Of a stretch of 64,000 nucleotides of DNA, positions 1 to 10,640 are shown one piece after another. The translations under genes were made by a program, and so were the position numbers. Location of the stretch: contig CBFIGY010000001.1 in assembly GCA_965662235.1 (NCBI GenBank), positions 96,001 through 160,000 of the forward strand. Reading direction: 5' to 3'. Source of the DNA: an uncultured bacterium (GTDB lineage: Bacteria; SAR324; NAC60-12). The notes beneath the pieces were generated by a model that worked only from the letters and a program-made list of their open reading frames with translations, was not told where the DNA came from and ran no database searches. Positions within the stretch are counted from its first letter, which is position 1, and every line of letters begins with the position of its first letter.

Positions 1-168
1 ATACTGACCCAGCAGCAGACCGTTGGAAGCAAAGGTGTTGAAGTGTCCCGTCGGAGGAACCTGGTAGGGCCACGCGACGTTCAATACGCGTTCTTGAGCC
101 TGAACGGGGCTCAGGGTCAGCAGAAGAGAAAAGAGGATCCACAAGAAGGAGATTCGTTGAAGTCTCAT
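1..168 (-). CDS. 5' part of a secreted protein, probably an ABC transporter (peptide/oligosaccharide) substrate-binding protein; runs off the window edge
   Basis: My translation: MRLQRISFLWILFSLLLTLSPVQAQERVLNVAWPYQVPPTGHFNTF...; Sec signal peptide ending VQA; AAGGA SD upstream. Not in the ORF track. Confidence 0.6.
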   Translation of the reverse strand, partial: MRLQRISFLWILFSLLLTLSPVQAQERVLNVAWPYQVPPTGHFNTFASNGLLLGQY

Positions 169-342
169 CGGGACGTCCTTACGCATGAGGGTCAGCAGTG
201 CAGGCATGAGGTTCCATCAGAAGGGCAAGAGGAAGGCCCATCTGCCAGTGGTGAAACGGAATTCCCCACGTCAAGAGATGCGCCGAAAGATAACGGATTT
301 GAGCGGGAATTGGTAGGGTTTTTCTGAAAATCAGAAAAACTT

Positions 343-1326
343 TCAGAGAATTGGGCGCAGGCCCATGCGCTCCCGAACCCGGGAGAGGACCCCACGCGCA
401 ACGGCCCGGGCCTTGTCTCGCCCCTCTTCCAGAAGGCCATCCAGATGCGGGAGATCGTTGCGGAGGTCCTGGTAACGTTCCCGGGCGTCTGACAGTTCTG
501 CGTTGATCAGCTCAAAGCAGGCCTGCTTGGCCTCTCCGTAGCCCATGCCCCCAGCGCGGTAGCGCTCGGCAAGCTCAGCCTGCTGCGCCTTGTCGGCAAA
601 GCAACTGAAGAGGGCGAAGACGTTGCACTGGTCCGGATCCTTGGGCGCCTCAACGGGTGTGGAGTCCGTCTGAATGCGCATGATCGCCTTGCGGAGTTGC
701 TTTTCTGGAGCAAAGAGCGGAATGACGTTGTTGTAGGACTTGCTCATCTTCCGTCCGTCCAGCCCCGGAATCACGGCCAGTTGCTCCTCAATCAGCGGCT
801 CCGGAACCACAAAGGTCTCGCCGTAAAGGTGGTTGAAGCGCTGGGCGATGTCGCGGGTGATTTCGAGGTGCTGCTTCTGGTCTTTTCCCACCGGGACGAC
901 GTGGGAGTCGTAGATGAGGATGTCTGACGCCATCAGGACGGGGTAACAGTACAGCCCCATGTTGACGTCCGAATCCTTGGTCTGAGCGTCTTTGAAGGCA
1001 TGGGCCCGGTCCATCAGTCCCTTGGAGGTGACGCAGGAGATGAGCCAGGTGAGTTCTGTGACTTCAGGGAGGTCAGACTGACGGAAAAAGGTATTGGCCT
1101 GGAAGTCCATTCCCAGGGCCGCAAAGATGGCCGTCAGGTCGTAGGAGTAGTCGGCAAGCAACCCTGGTTCGCGCAGGGTTGTCAGCGCATGGTAGTCGGC
1201 GATGAAGTAGAAGGTTTCATGCGTCTCCTGAAGCTTCAGCGCCGGCTTGATCATTCCCAGGTAGTTCCCGAGGTGCGGGGTGCCTGAAGGCTTGATGCCG
1301 GAGAGCGAACGGGGCTTGACCGCCAT
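343..1326 (-). CDS. trpS: Tryptophan--tRNA ligase
   Basis: SGIKPSGTPHLGNY (HIGH-like), VPVGKDQKQH and KMSKS motifs; start trimmed to MAVKPRS, 1 nt after the rpmA stop. Confidence 0.96.
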   Translation of the reverse strand: MAVKPRSLSGIKPSGTPHLGNYLGMIKPALKLQETHETFYFIADYHALTTLREPGLLADYSYDLTAIFAALGMDFQANTFFRQSDLPEVTELTWLISCVTSKGLMDRAHAFKDAQTKDSDVNMGLYCYPVLMASDILIYDSHVVPVGKDQKQHLEITRDIAQRFNHLYGETFVVPEPLIEEQLAVIPGLDGRKMSKSYNNVIPLFAPEKQLRKAIMRIQTDSTPVEAPKDPDQCNVFALFSCFADKAQQAELAERYRAGGMGYGEAKQACFELINAELSDARERYQDLRNDLPHLDGLLEEGRDKARAVARGVLSRVRERMGLRPIL

Positions 1327-1327
1327 G

Positions 1328-1606
1328 TCAGGCGCCGGCGACCTCAGCTTGCGCTGGAACAATATGGATGTACTTGCGGTTCTTGGACCCGCCCTGGCGG
1401 AACTGGACGTATCCGTCGGCCAACGCAAACAGGGTGTAGTCCTTTCCGGTGCCCACATTATTGCCGGCGTGGAAGGTGGAGCCCACTTGGCGGACCAGGA
1501 TGTTTCCGGCCTTCACCAGCTCACCTCCGAATTTCTTGACGCCGCGGCGTTTTCCAGCTGAGTCTCGTCCGTTGCGGCTGCTGCCGCCTGCTTTTTTATG
1601 TGCCAT
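1328..1606 (-). CDS. rpmA: 50S ribosomal protein L27
   Basis: [16 protein letters not shown]...GKDYTLFA. Confidence 0.99.
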   Translation of the reverse strand: MAHKKAGGSSRNGRDSAGKRRGVKKFGGELVKAGNILVRQVGSTFHAGNNVGTGKDYTLFALADGYVQFRQGGSKNRKYIHIVPAQAEVAGA

Positions 1607-1611
1607 TTTCG

Positions 1612-1926
1612 TTACGCGCTAATCGATTCAATCTTTACCAGCGTGCGTTGCTGGCGGTGTCCCTGGGTCTTGCGGTAGCCCTTGCGGCGCTTGCGCTTGA
1701 ACACAATCACCTTCTTGTCTTTGCGGTGATCGACGATGGTGCCCACGACCTTGGCGCCTGCCACGGTCGGGGTGCCGACCAGCAGCTCGCCGTCTTCCTT
1801 GCTGACCGCTAGGACCTGATCGTTTTCGTAAGCAGCTCCGGGCTCTGCCGAGAGGCTGTCCAGACGGACCGTCTCTCCGGGCTGGACCCGAACCTGGCGG
1901 CCGCCGGCCTTAATGATTGCGAACAT
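1612..1926 (-). CDS. rplU: 50S ribosomal protein L21
   Basis: [11 protein letters not shown]...[23 protein letters not shown]; upstream of rpmA. Confidence 0.99.
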   Translation of the reverse strand: MFAIIKAGGRQVRVQPGETVRLDSLSAEPGAAYENDQVLAVSKEDGELLVGTPTVAGAKVVGTIVDHRKDKKVIVFKRKRRKGYRKTQGHRQQRTLVKIESISA

Positions 1927-2013
1927 CTTTCTCCTTCAGTCTCAGAAAACGCAAAACTCACTTTTATAGGGGATCCCCCCAAGAATGACAAGCGTTTTCT
2001 TGGGGAGACGGAG

Positions 2014-3405
2014 TCAGCTGTGGAGCGCCGTGGCAACCTGAGTGAGGCTGGCCTTGGCATCCCCAAACAGCATCCGGGTGTTCTCTCGGAAGTACAGGGG
2101 GTTCTCCACTCCAGAATACCCGGTAGCCATGGTCCGCTTGAGCGCCACCACCATTCCGGCTTTCCAGACCTCCAGTACGGGCATTCCATAAATGGACATG
2201 CCCGGGTCCTCCTGCGCCCCCGGATTGACAATGTCGTTGGCTCCAATGACCAGCACCAGATCGGTGTTGGGGAAGTCCGGATTCAGCTCATCCATTTCCA
2301 GCACCACATCATAAGGCACCCCGGCTTCTGCAAGGAGGACGTTCATGTGACCCGGCATCCGTCCCGCAACCGGGTGGATGGCAAAGCGGACCTCGACTCC
2401 TTCTGCCCGAAGCGTCTCCGTGATGTCCTTCACCACATGCTGGGCCTGAGCCACCGCCATTCCGTAGCCGGGCACAATGACCACCTTGCGGGAATTGCGC
2501 AGCTGTTCCGCGACCTCCTCAGCATGAGTGGCAACCGCCTCTCCGGACTGTGTGGTGCTTTCCAGCACCGTGCCTTCTTCCACTCCCCAGCCTCCGGAGA
2601 TGACACTGAGGAAGGGGCGGTTCATTCCCACACACATGATGTAACTGAGGATGGCACCACTGCTTCCCACCAGGGCCCCGGTGACAATCAGCAGGTCGTT
2701 CGACAGCATGAAGCCCGCCATGGCGGCAGAAAGTCCGGAGTAGCTGTTGAGCATCGACACCACCACGGGCATGTCTGCTCCCCCAATGGCCATCACCATG
2801 TGCACGCCCACGGCGCCTGCAACGGCAGCAATGAGCAGGAGCACAAACCAGTGGTTGCTGGTCTCTCCAGCCAGAACAATGGTTCCAAGAATGAGGATCG
2901 CCACCAGCCCTGCTAGGTTCAGCAGGTTCCGGTTGGGAAGGATCACCGGCTTGCTGCCAATGCGACCGCTGAGCTTGCCGAAAGCGACCACGGATCCCGT
3001 GAACGTGTAGGTCCCGATCACAACCCCGAGGATGATTTCCACCTCGTGGATGATCAGTTCGGCGCCCGTGTAGGCTCCGGAGTTGAGGTAACTCGCCAGC
3101 CCGACCATGGCTGCAGCCAGGCCGCCGAAGCTGTTGAGGATCGCCACCATCTCGGGCATCTGGGTCATCTCAACACGGGTTGCGGCCAACCACCCGAGGA
3201 CGGATCCCGCAAGAAGCATCAGCAGCAGCCAGAAGTAGTTTCCGGACTCGGGGAGGAACAAGGTGGCCAACACGGCGAGGCTCATTCCCGCGACGCCCAG
3301 CAGATTACCGCGCCGGGCGGTGTCCTGCCGACTGAGGCCACCGATGCTGAGGATGAAGAGAACGCTGGCGATGATGTAACTGACAGTAATGATTCCTTGA
3401 GGCAT
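2014..3405 (-). CDS. pntB: NAD(P)+ transhydrogenase subunit beta
   Basis: [47 protein letters not shown]. Confidence 0.98.
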   Translation of the reverse strand: MPQGIITVSYIIASVLFILSIGGLSRQDTARRGNLLGVAGMSLAVLATLFLPESGNYFWLLLMLLAGSVLGWLAATRVEMTQMPEMVAILNSFGGLAAAMVGLASYLNSGAYTGAELIIHEVEIILGVVIGTYTFTGSVVAFGKLSGRIGSKPVILPNRNLLNLAGLVAILILGTIVLAGETSNHWFVLLLIAAVAGAVGVHMVMAIGGADMPVVVSMLNSYSGLSAAMAGFMLSNDLLIVTGALVGSSGAILSYIMCVGMNRPFLSVISGGWGVEEGTVLESTTQSGEAVATHAEEVAEQLRNSRKVVIVPGYGMAVAQAQHVVKDITETLRAEGVEVRFAIHPVAGRMPGHMNVLLAEAGVPYDVVLEMDELNPDFPNTDLVLVIGANDIVNPGAQEDPGMSIYGMPVLEVWKAGMVVALKRTMATGYSGVENPLYFRENTRMLFGDAKASLTQVATALHS

Positions 3406-3441
3406 GACTCGACTCGACTAGAAGATTAACGCTGAGGGCAA

Positions 3442-5001
3442 CTATTTACGGAACATTCCCAACATCCGGTGGGTTACCAAGAACCCGCCGACAATGTTGA
3501 TGGTTGCAATCAGCACCGCGAGTCCAGCAATCAAGGGACTGGTGCCAGAGAGGTGAATGATTCCTCCAAGGACAATGATGCCACTGATGGCATTGGTGGC
3601 ACTCATCAGAGGCGTGTGCAGGGAAGGCGCGACGTTCCAGACCACCATGTACCCGACAAAGCAGGCCAGGACAAAGACCGTCAGGTGCGAAAGGAAGGCC
3701 GACGAGCCCCCGACTCCCACCAGCAGAATGAGGACTGCAGCCAGGCCATAAGCGACCTTCCGGTTGAAAAGCCGATCCAGTGCAGAAGGTTCCGGCTCTG
3801 GTGCCACAGGCGGCGGTTCCGCTTTAGGCGCAGCGGAAGCCTTTTCCGCAGGTGCGGCTGCCACCTTGGGCGCAGGAGGAGGCCAGGTGACCTCACCTTC
3901 ATGCGTCACCGCAACGGCGCGGGTGATCTCGTCCTCCATGTCGACCTGGAAGCCCTCTGCATCACCGAGGTGCTGAATGAGTCGCACTAGGTTGTTGCTG
4001 TAGAGCTGACTGGCCTGGGTGGGCAGCTGGCTGGGCAGGTTCGTGGCCCCGACAATGGTGACTCCATGAGCCTGCGTCACTTCTCCCGAAACCGTCAGCT
4101 CGCAATTGCCTCCGGTCTCAGCGGCCAGGTCCACAATCACCGAGCCCGGACGCATCCGTTGCACCATGTCTTCAGTAATCAGGCGAGGAGCCTTCTTTCC
4201 CGGAATGGCAGCGGTCGTAATGATGATGTCCACTTCCTCTGCCTGCTGCGTGAAGAGCGCCATTTCTGCGTCAATGAAGGCCTGGCTCATCTCCTTGGCG
4301 TAGCCTCCCTTTCCGGTGCCGTCCTCCTGCAGATCCACCTGCAGGAACTCAGCCCCTAGGCTCTTGACCTCATCCTTGACAGCAGGTCGAGTGTCAAAGG
4401 CTCGTACAATGGCGCCGAGGCTCTGGGCGGCTCCAATGGCGGCCAGTCCCGCCACTCCGGCTCCAATGACCAGCACCTTCGCAGGAGGGATCCGGCCGGC
4501 TGCTGTGATCTGTCCGGTGAAGAAACGGCCAAAGTGGTTTGCCGCCTCAATCACCGCCCGGTACCCGGCAATGTTCGCCATGGAACTGAGCACATCCATG
4601 GACTGTGCTCGGGAGATACGCGGAATCGCGTCTAGGGCCAACGCCGTCACTTCCGCCTGAGCAAGCTTCTTGAGCAGCGCATCATTCTGTCCGGGGGACA
4701 TGAGGCAAATGAGCTTTTGTCCCTTACGCAGCAACCGCGTCTCCAGCTTTCGGAGCTGAGGGTGCTTCTCCGGAGGGTGCACCTTGAGGATCAGATCCGC
4801 CTGCGACCACACCACCTCTGGGCCATCTACAATTGTGGCGCCCGCTTCTTCATAGAGCGCGTCCGGAAAGCTGGCCAGCTGGCCGGCTCCGCTCTCCACC
4901 AGTACGGAAAATCCTTGTTTCTTCAGCGCAACAACGCCTGCGGGAACCAGCGCCACACGCTGTTCACCAGTATGTACTTCTCGGGGAACACCAATGATCA
5001 T
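3442..5001 (-). CDS. pntA: NAD(P)+ transhydrogenase subunit alpha (single-chain, E. coli type)
   Basis: MIIGVPRE start, [36 protein letters not shown]-terminal TM helices. Confidence 0.97.
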   Translation of the reverse strand: MIIGVPREVHTGEQRVALVPAGVVALKKQGFSVLVESGAGQLASFPDALYEEAGATIVDGPEVVWSQADLILKVHPPEKHPQLRKLETRLLRKGQKLICLMSPGQNDALLKKLAQAEVTALALDAIPRISRAQSMDVLSSMANIAGYRAVIEAANHFGRFFTGQITAAGRIPPAKVLVIGAGVAGLAAIGAAQSLGAIVRAFDTRPAVKDEVKSLGAEFLQVDLQEDGTGKGGYAKEMSQAFIDAEMALFTQQAEEVDIIITTAAIPGKKAPRLITEDMVQRMRPGSVIVDLAAETGGNCELTVSGEVTQAHGVTIVGATNLPSQLPTQASQLYSNNLVRLIQHLGDAEGFQVDMEDEITRAVAVTHEGEVTWPPPAPKVAAAPAEKASAAPKAEPPPVAPEPEPSALDRLFNRKVAYGLAAVLILLVGVGGSSAFLSHLTVFVLACFVGYMVVWNVAPSLHTPLMSATNAISGIIVLGGIIHLSGTSPLIAGLAVLIATINIVGGFLVTHRMLGMFRK

Positions 5002-5175
5002 GGATGCCTTTTGGGAATCTGGAGGATGCACCTGTCCAAAGGAAGATGCATGAGTGGGGAGGCGAGGCAATTGGAGATCTTAGCGGCTTTCCCGGCACGG
5101 TCAAGCAAGTTTGCTACAAAATGTTCTGGAAGGGAGACTTTTAGGGGGTGCAGCACCCTGACGGCTACCTTAGCT

Positions 5176-5664
5176 TCAGCGGCCCGGCTTGAGGCTCATG
5201 CCACCGACTCGGTAAGGAGGTTCCGGGAGGGCCTTGTGCTGACGGAAGGTTTGTTCAACCTGTTGCAGCAGTCCTTCTGGAAACGGCGCCACCTTCGGCT
5301 CGTCTCCGGCCTGGCTAACGTGCAGCATCAGCGTTTCCTCCACTGCGTGAAGCTGGGTGCGGGATTCACTCCAGAGGGCCTGCCAGACGAGGATCCGTTT
5401 CGGATCCATGGCCACCAGGCGTGACTCCACCTCAATCTCGGTGCCCTCCAGCAGTTCCTTGAGGTAGTGAATACGGATGTCCAGCGTGTACAGCGTGCCC
5501 TTAGTCTGCAGGCGATACGGCTCATCCACCCCAATCGCTTCCATCACCTCATCCACTGCGAAGCTGAAGATCAGCGTGTAAAACGCGTCTCGGACGTGCC
5601 CGTTGTAATCCACCCACTCCGGGATCACACGGGTCCGGTAAATCAGCGCATCATCAGCTGACAT
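5176..5664 (-). CDS. Hot-dog fold acyl-CoA thioesterase (4HBT/FcbC-like, resembles carnitine-pathway thioesterases)
   Basis: PEWVDYNGHVRDAFY motif, YTLDIRIHYLKEL; GGAG SD. Confidence 0.8.
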   Translation of the reverse strand: MSADDALIYRTRVIPEWVDYNGHVRDAFYTLIFSFAVDEVMEAIGVDEPYRLQTKGTLYTLDIRIHYLKELLEGTEIEVESRLVAMDPKRILVWQALWSESRTQLHAVEETLMLHVSQAGDEPKVAPFPEGLLQQVEQTFRQHKALPEPPYRVGGMSLKPGR

Positions 5665-5707
5665 GAGGCTCCTTCATGAAAAAAATGAGGGGATTGATGC
5701 GTGGGAT

Positions 5708-6094
5708 TCAGACCACGGTCAGGCGGTCACGGATCAGCCCAAAGAACTGCGGGAGGCCTCCGGGTTCTCGGACGTAACGCCACCCAAGGTGCAGGTTGCA
5801 CTGCTGGCAGTTCTGGATGACCCAAGCAAACCCAGGGAACCAGGTGTCCTCAAGGATCGCAGGCGAGCGGTCCTGAAGCGCCTCCGCCTGATGCACCAGG
5901 ATCAACGTGAAGGAAAACCCGGCCGAGTTTTTAAAGAGGTGATACGGAGACTGCCCCTCCCAGCGAAATGCGTCCCGCAGATTGGCGATCCGGGTGTGAC
6001 ACCCCTTGCAGTGCAGGAAGCGGTTGGGCGCCTGACGCTCCCGAAGCCGCTCCTCAAGCACCTCCGGAGGAGTGGGGTTGAAGCCGAGCCACAT
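5708..6094 (-). CDS. Cereblon-like (CULT / Yippee-Mis18 beta-tent) Zn-binding protein
   Basis: CKGC...FKNSAG...TWFPGFAW...CQQC-HLGWRY...FFGLIRDRL matches the cereblon thalidomide-binding domain signature. Confidence 0.9.
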   Translation of the reverse strand: MWLGFNPTPPEVLEERLRERQAPNRFLHCKGCHTRIANLRDAFRWEGQSPYHLFKNSAGFSFTLILVHQAEALQDRSPAILEDTWFPGFAWVIQNCQQCNLHLGWRYVREPGGLPQFFGLIRDRLTVV

Positions 6095-6097
6095 CGC

Positions 6098-6949
6098 TTA
6101 GTCCAGCACCATGACGACACGGGCTTCCTTCAAAAAATTCAGTGACTTGGTGAGCTTCCGGATTGCATTGGCATCCTGGTCTCGGACCACTAGGTCGGTT
6201 TGGTTGGCACCAGAAGCAGAGACCGCTTTGATCATGAGCGGGCTGCCCTGAACTCGGTCATTGGTGGTGGCCTGCTCGGGATCCTTCACGTAGCCTGCCA
6301 TGCCGTGCTGCTTGACGAACTCCGCATCCACGTAGGCGGAGCCATAGAGCTCCCGTCCGGACTCATCAAACACCTTCGGCGCCATTGCCGGCTGCAAACC
6401 GGTTCCACGGGCGTCAATGACGAGTCCTGTGTAAATCCGGTTGGGGTCGATTTGAGTCGAAAGGCCACTGTCTCCGGCATCCGGTCCCGGAAGAGGCGTA
6501 GGAGCCGCCGCAGGGGCATAGAGGTCATCCGGAATGATCTGACGCAAGGAGGCTTCCACACGGATCTTGACGCTTCCATCAGAGAAGAAACGCGGCGTGC
6601 CCACGGTTCGCAGGCCATAGAGTTTGCCCTGCACTCGCGTCCGGACGGTGTCGTCTGACAGCATGGCGTCCCGCATGGTGGTGCTCGAGGTCAGGTTGAT
6701 GCCCTGCAGCATCTCCAGAGCGTTTCGGGCAGCATCCAGACGAGCGGCACGTTCAGCGGTCGCGTTTTTCTGAGCCTGGCTGGTGGCCTTGCTAGAAGGA
6801 GCCCCTGCGCCTTCGGCAATCACCATTTGCCGGTCCCAGTCGATGCAGGCGGCAGCGCCTTCCTGCGTACAGGCCTGATCAAGGGACTGCGCCGCCAGAG
6901 GCGTCACGGTCAGGAACAAGAAAGCAATCAGGGAGACGAGTTTGTTCAT
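6098..6949 (-). CDS. Secreted conserved hypothetical protein (LPP20-like N-terminal domain plus a YTGLVIDARG C-terminal domain)
   Basis: Signal peptide; AERAARLDAARNALE; Pro-rich linker; YTGLVIDARG...PAMAPKVFDESGRELY. Confidence 0.65.
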   Translation of the reverse strand: MNKLVSLIAFLFLTVTPLAAQSLDQACTQEGAAACIDWDRQMVIAEGAGAPSSKATSQAQKNATAERAARLDAARNALEMLQGINLTSSTTMRDAMLSDDTVRTRVQGKLYGLRTVGTPRFFSDGSVKIRVEASLRQIIPDDLYAPAAAPTPLPGPDAGDSGLSTQIDPNRIYTGLVIDARGTGLQPAMAPKVFDESGRELYGSAYVDAEFVKQHGMAGYVKDPEQATTNDRVQGSPLMIKAVSASGANQTDLVVRDQDANAIRKLTKSLNFLKEARVVMVLD

Positions 6950-7094
6950 CCAAACCTTTCAGGGAGAGGGGATGGAAGCAGCGGGGGAGGCCGGGGTGGT
7001 TGGGAACACCGGACTCGCATCAAAACGTGTCCGGCGTCATGCATGGGGCACGCCAGTTGATCGGGTCAACCAGCGTGTAACAACTCAATCCGGA

Positions 7095-9173
7095 TCAGAC
7101 GTCCTTCATGCTCAGCTGCAGCTTGCCCCGCTTGTCGAGGCCCATGGCCTTGACCGTCACCAGGTCTCCTTCCTTGAGGACGTCGGAAACGTTCTTGACG
7201 CGCTCATTGGAGATGTTGGAAACGTGCACGAGGCCTTCGGTGCCCGGGAAGATTTCCACAAAGGCTCCAAAGTCGACCACTTTCTTCACCGGACCGGTGT
7301 AGGTCTCTCCGATCTCTGCCGTCCGGGTCAGGTTCTGGACAATTTCCAGTGCGACATCAACCGCCTTGTGGTCACGGGACGAGAAAGAGACCACGCCGTC
7401 ATCGTCGACGTTGATCTTCACACCCGTCTGCTCGACGATGCCCTTGATGACCTTCCCGCCTGGGCCGATCACGGCACCGATCTTGTCCTGCGGAATCTTG
7501 TGCGTCACAAAACGCGGAGCAAAGCCGGACAGCGCCTGACGCGGTCCTTCGATCTCCTGATTCATGATGCCGAGGATGTGCATCCGGCCTTCTTGTGCCT
7601 GATGCATGGCCCGCTCAACGATTTCCTTGGTCAAGCCCTTGATCTTGATGTCCATCTGCAGAGCCGTGACCCCATTTTCCGTCCCGACCACTTTGAAGTC
7701 CATGTCACCAAGGTGATCTTCGTCTCCTAAGATGTCCGACAGGATCTCAGACTCTCCAGTGGATTCGTCGTAGATCAGGCCCATGGCGATTCCGGCGGCG
7801 CTGCGCTTGAGCGGCACACCGGCGTCCATCAGTGCCATAGAACCGGAACAGACGGTGGCCATGGAAGAGGAACCGTTGGATTCCAGCACTTCAGCCACCA
7901 GCCGGATGGTGTAAGGGAAGGCTTCCTTCGTCGGCAGCAGCGGGCTCAGTCCGCGCTCGGCCAAGGTGCCGTGTCCAATTTCGCGGCGTCCCGGAGGGCG
8001 AGGGGAGCGGGCTTCTCCAACCGAGAAGGCAGGGAAGTTGTAGTGCAGCATGAAGTTCTTGAAGGAGACGCCTTCAATCGCATCCAGCATCTGCTCGTCT
8101 TCACGGGTGCCCAGGGTCGCCAGCGACAGCACCTGCGTCTCTCCACGTGTGAAGAGTCCGGAACCATGAGTCCGCGGAGCCACCCGGGTTTCACAGGTGA
8201 TGGGGCGGATGTCCTTCGGACCACGTCCGTCAATGCGGAGCTTGTCCTTGAGGATCGCCTCGCGCATGCCGTGCTTCTTGATCTCTCCGAGGATTTCCTT
8301 CACTTCCTTCTGCTGGTCGGCATCGGGCTGCTCTCCCAGGACTTCCGAAACCACTTCCTCGGCCAGGGAGTCCATGCGTCCGTAACGCTCCTGCTTATCC
8401 TTGATGCGCAGTGCCTCCTGAACCCGAGACAGCGCCACGCTTTCCACCTTCGCCTTCAGCTCTTCATTGACCGGCGGTGGCTCAATGACGCGCTTGGGCT
8501 TGCCGCAGCGCTTCACCAGCTCTTCCTGCATGGCAATGATCGGCTGAATCTGCTCGTGCCCGTACCACAGGGCGTCCAGCATCACGGACTCCGGAACCTC
8601 TTTCGACTCGCCCTCAACCATGAGGATCGCGTCTTTGGAGCCTGCCATGAAGATGTTCAGCTCGCTTTCCGCCAGCTGCTCAGGGCTTGGGTTGGTGATG
8701 AACTCACCATCAATGCGGCCCACCCGGATGCCCCCAATCGGATTGTGGAAGGGGATGTCGGACAGGCACAGCGCGGCAGAGGCGCCAATCATTGCTGACA
8801 CGTCTGACGGATTCTTCAGGTCCACGCTGAGCACGGTGGCCATGATCAGTGTTTCCGCCATGTAGTGGTCTTCAAAAGACGGCCGCAGGGGACGGTCGAT
8901 CAGGCGAGACGTCAGGGTCTCCCGATCGGTCAGCTTGCCTTCACGCTTGAAGAAGCCTCCGGGAATCCGACCGGCGGCATAGAACTTTTCAATGTAGTGG
9001 ACCGAGAGGGGAAAAAACTCGGCTCCGGCTCCGCTGCCCTTTGCAGCAGTTGCGGCCACCAGCACCATTGTGTCTCCATAACGGACCACAACAGAGCCGT
9101 TGGCTTGTTTGGCCATCCGCCCGGTCTCAATAGAGAACGGGGCGTTTCCAAACTGGGTTTCAACAACTTCCAT
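7095..9173 (-). CDS. pnp: Polyribonucleotide nucleotidyltransferase
   Basis: RIPGGFFKREG, RREIGHG, LESNGSSSMA, EDHLGDMDFKV, KH and S1 domains. Confidence 0.99.
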   Translation of the reverse strand: MEVVETQFGNAPFSIETGRMAKQANGSVVVRYGDTMVLVAATAAKGSGAGAEFFPLSVHYIEKFYAAGRIPGGFFKREGKLTDRETLTSRLIDRPLRPSFEDHYMAETLIMATVLSVDLKNPSDVSAMIGASAALCLSDIPFHNPIGGIRVGRIDGEFITNPSPEQLAESELNIFMAGSKDAILMVEGESKEVPESVMLDALWYGHEQIQPIIAMQEELVKRCGKPKRVIEPPPVNEELKAKVESVALSRVQEALRIKDKQERYGRMDSLAEEVVSEVLGEQPDADQQKEVKEILGEIKKHGMREAILKDKLRIDGRGPKDIRPITCETRVAPRTHGSGLFTRGETQVLSLATLGTREDEQMLDAIEGVSFKNFMLHYNFPAFSVGEARSPRPPGRREIGHGTLAERGLSPLLPTKEAFPYTIRLVAEVLESNGSSSMATVCSGSMALMDAGVPLKRSAAGIAMGLIYDESTGESEILSDILGDEDHLGDMDFKVVGTENGVTALQMDIKIKGLTKEIVERAMHQAQEGRMHILGIMNQEIEGPRQALSGFAPRFVTHKIPQDKIGAVIGPGGKVIKGIVEQTGVKINVDDDGVVSFSSRDHKAVDVALEIVQNLTRTAEIGETYTGPVKKVVDFGAFVEIFPGTEGLVHVSNISNERVKNVSDVLKEGDLVTVKAMGLDKRGKLQLSMKDV

Positions 9174-9449
9174 TCATTCCTCGTGCAAGGGATTGAGGCA
9201 GCACTCTGCACTGTCTTCCTGGCCCAAATTCGGTCAAATACGGGGTACGTTCAGGCATCCGGAAGTTACGAGAACGGTAGAAAGTTGGGAGGACCAAGAG
9301 GAAACACTAAAGGGGGCAGGGCAGTCGTGCTGCAGAACATGCGGGGATTGGATGACGCTTCAGGCAGAAGGTGCTTGAAGCATTCGGGTATAAGGGAAGG
9401 CGCCCCGCCATCGCGAACTCCCTCCCGAAACTGACACTCCGGATGCCAG

Positions 9450-9719
9450 TCAGCGGCTGCGAATCTGCAGGCGCTGGGTAATTGCGCTGAACTGAGCCGC
9501 GTCGCGGGACTTCAGGTAGCTCAGGAAACTGCGTCGCTGTCCGACCAGTTTGAGCAGGCCCCGTCGGGAGCTGAAGTCCTTCGGCTGTTGCTTCAGGTGT
9601 TCCGTCAGGTACTGGATGCGAGCCGTCAGCATCGCGATCTGCACTTCGGTAGAGCCGGTGTCGTTTTCGTTCTTGCCGAACTCTTTGATGATATTTTCTT
9701 TGTCTTCCTTCGTCAGCAT
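9450..9719 (-). CDS. rpsO: 30S ribosomal protein S15
   Basis: DTGSTEVQIAMLT...SRRGLLKLVGQRR. Confidence 0.99.
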   Translation of the reverse strand: MLTKEDKENIIKEFGKNENDTGSTEVQIAMLTARIQYLTEHLKQQPKDFSSRRGLLKLVGQRRSFLSYLKSRDAAQFSAITQRLQIRSR

Positions 9720-9723
9720 CTAG

Positions 9724-10635
9724 TCAATTCTCCTGGAAAAACACCCGTTCGGGCTGAAAAGAGCAACACGCATCATCCCACATTAAGCGTCCAACCGCAA
9801 TGAGATTCTGCACTGAATCAATCGCTTTTGCTCGAACCTCCCGAACCCCTTCTGGATTCAGAGGCTGCGGCAGGGTCTCCAACGGCATCGAAACCGTCTG
9901 TCCACGGGAAAGGGCCACCAGATCAGGGCCTTCCACCGGCACGGTCAGCAGGTCCGTCAGCAGGTCCACCGGATGGAGCGCCGGCACCGATTCCGGTTGA
10001 TTCCGGAGGGCTTCCACGTCCACGGCATTGGCTTCCGTGAACCACGGACCGCAGGCAACGCGTCGGAGCTGCACCAAGTGTGCGCCCACCCCAAGCTGCT
10101 GGCCCCAGTCGTCCGCGATCGTCCGGATGTAGGTTCCAGCCGAGCAGTGCACCTGAAACGTCACTTCCGGCCCTTCCACCTGCTGAATCTGCAGCTCATG
10201 CACGGTCACCTCGCGGCTCTTTCGCTCCACCTCCTGTCCCTGACGGGCCCGCTTGTAAGAGGGCTGACCGTCAATCTTCACCGCTGAGTAAATAGGAGCC
10301 AGCTGCTGCAGCGTTCCCACAAACTGAGCTCCCGCCTCGCGGATCGCCGCTTCGCTGAGGCCACTGGGATCGCACTCGGCGATCACCTGCCCTTCGCTGT
10401 CAAACGTATCAGTCCGCTGACCCAGTCGCAGGGTCGCCACATAGGTTTTGTCCACGTGGTTGAAGTAGGGAATCAGGCGGGTCGCCTTTCCCAGAAAAAC
10501 CGGCAGCACGCCTGAAGCAAAGGGGTCGAGGGTGCCAAGGTGCCCCGCCTTCCGTTCCCGGAGGCGGCCTCGGACAAACTTGACCACATCAAAAGAACTC
10601 CAGCCCACAGGCTTGTCAATGTTGTAGACCTGCAA
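9724..10635 (-). CDS. truB: tRNA pseudouridine(55) synthase
   Basis: DKPVGWSSFDVV, GHLGTLDPFASGVL, CSAGTYIRT; TTG start. Confidence 0.96.
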   Translation of the reverse strand: MQVYNIDKPVGWSSFDVVKFVRGRLRERKAGHLGTLDPFASGVLPVFLGKATRLIPYFNHVDKTYVATLRLGQRTDTFDSEGQVIAECDPSGLSEAAIREAGAQFVGTLQQLAPIYSAVKIDGQPSYKRARQGQEVERKSREVTVHELQIQQVEGPEVTFQVHCSAGTYIRTIADDWGQQLGVGAHLVQLRRVACGPWFTEANAVDVEALRNQPESVPALHPVDLLTDLLTVPVEGPDLVALSRGQTVSMPLETLPQPLNPEGVREVRAKAIDSVQNLIAVGRLMWDDACCSFQPERVFFQEN

Positions 10636-10640
10636 CCGGC

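Noticed and set aside
169..342. Possible riboswitch in the leader of the edge ABC-binding-protein gene
   Set aside because: I could not recognise any conserved riboswitch core.
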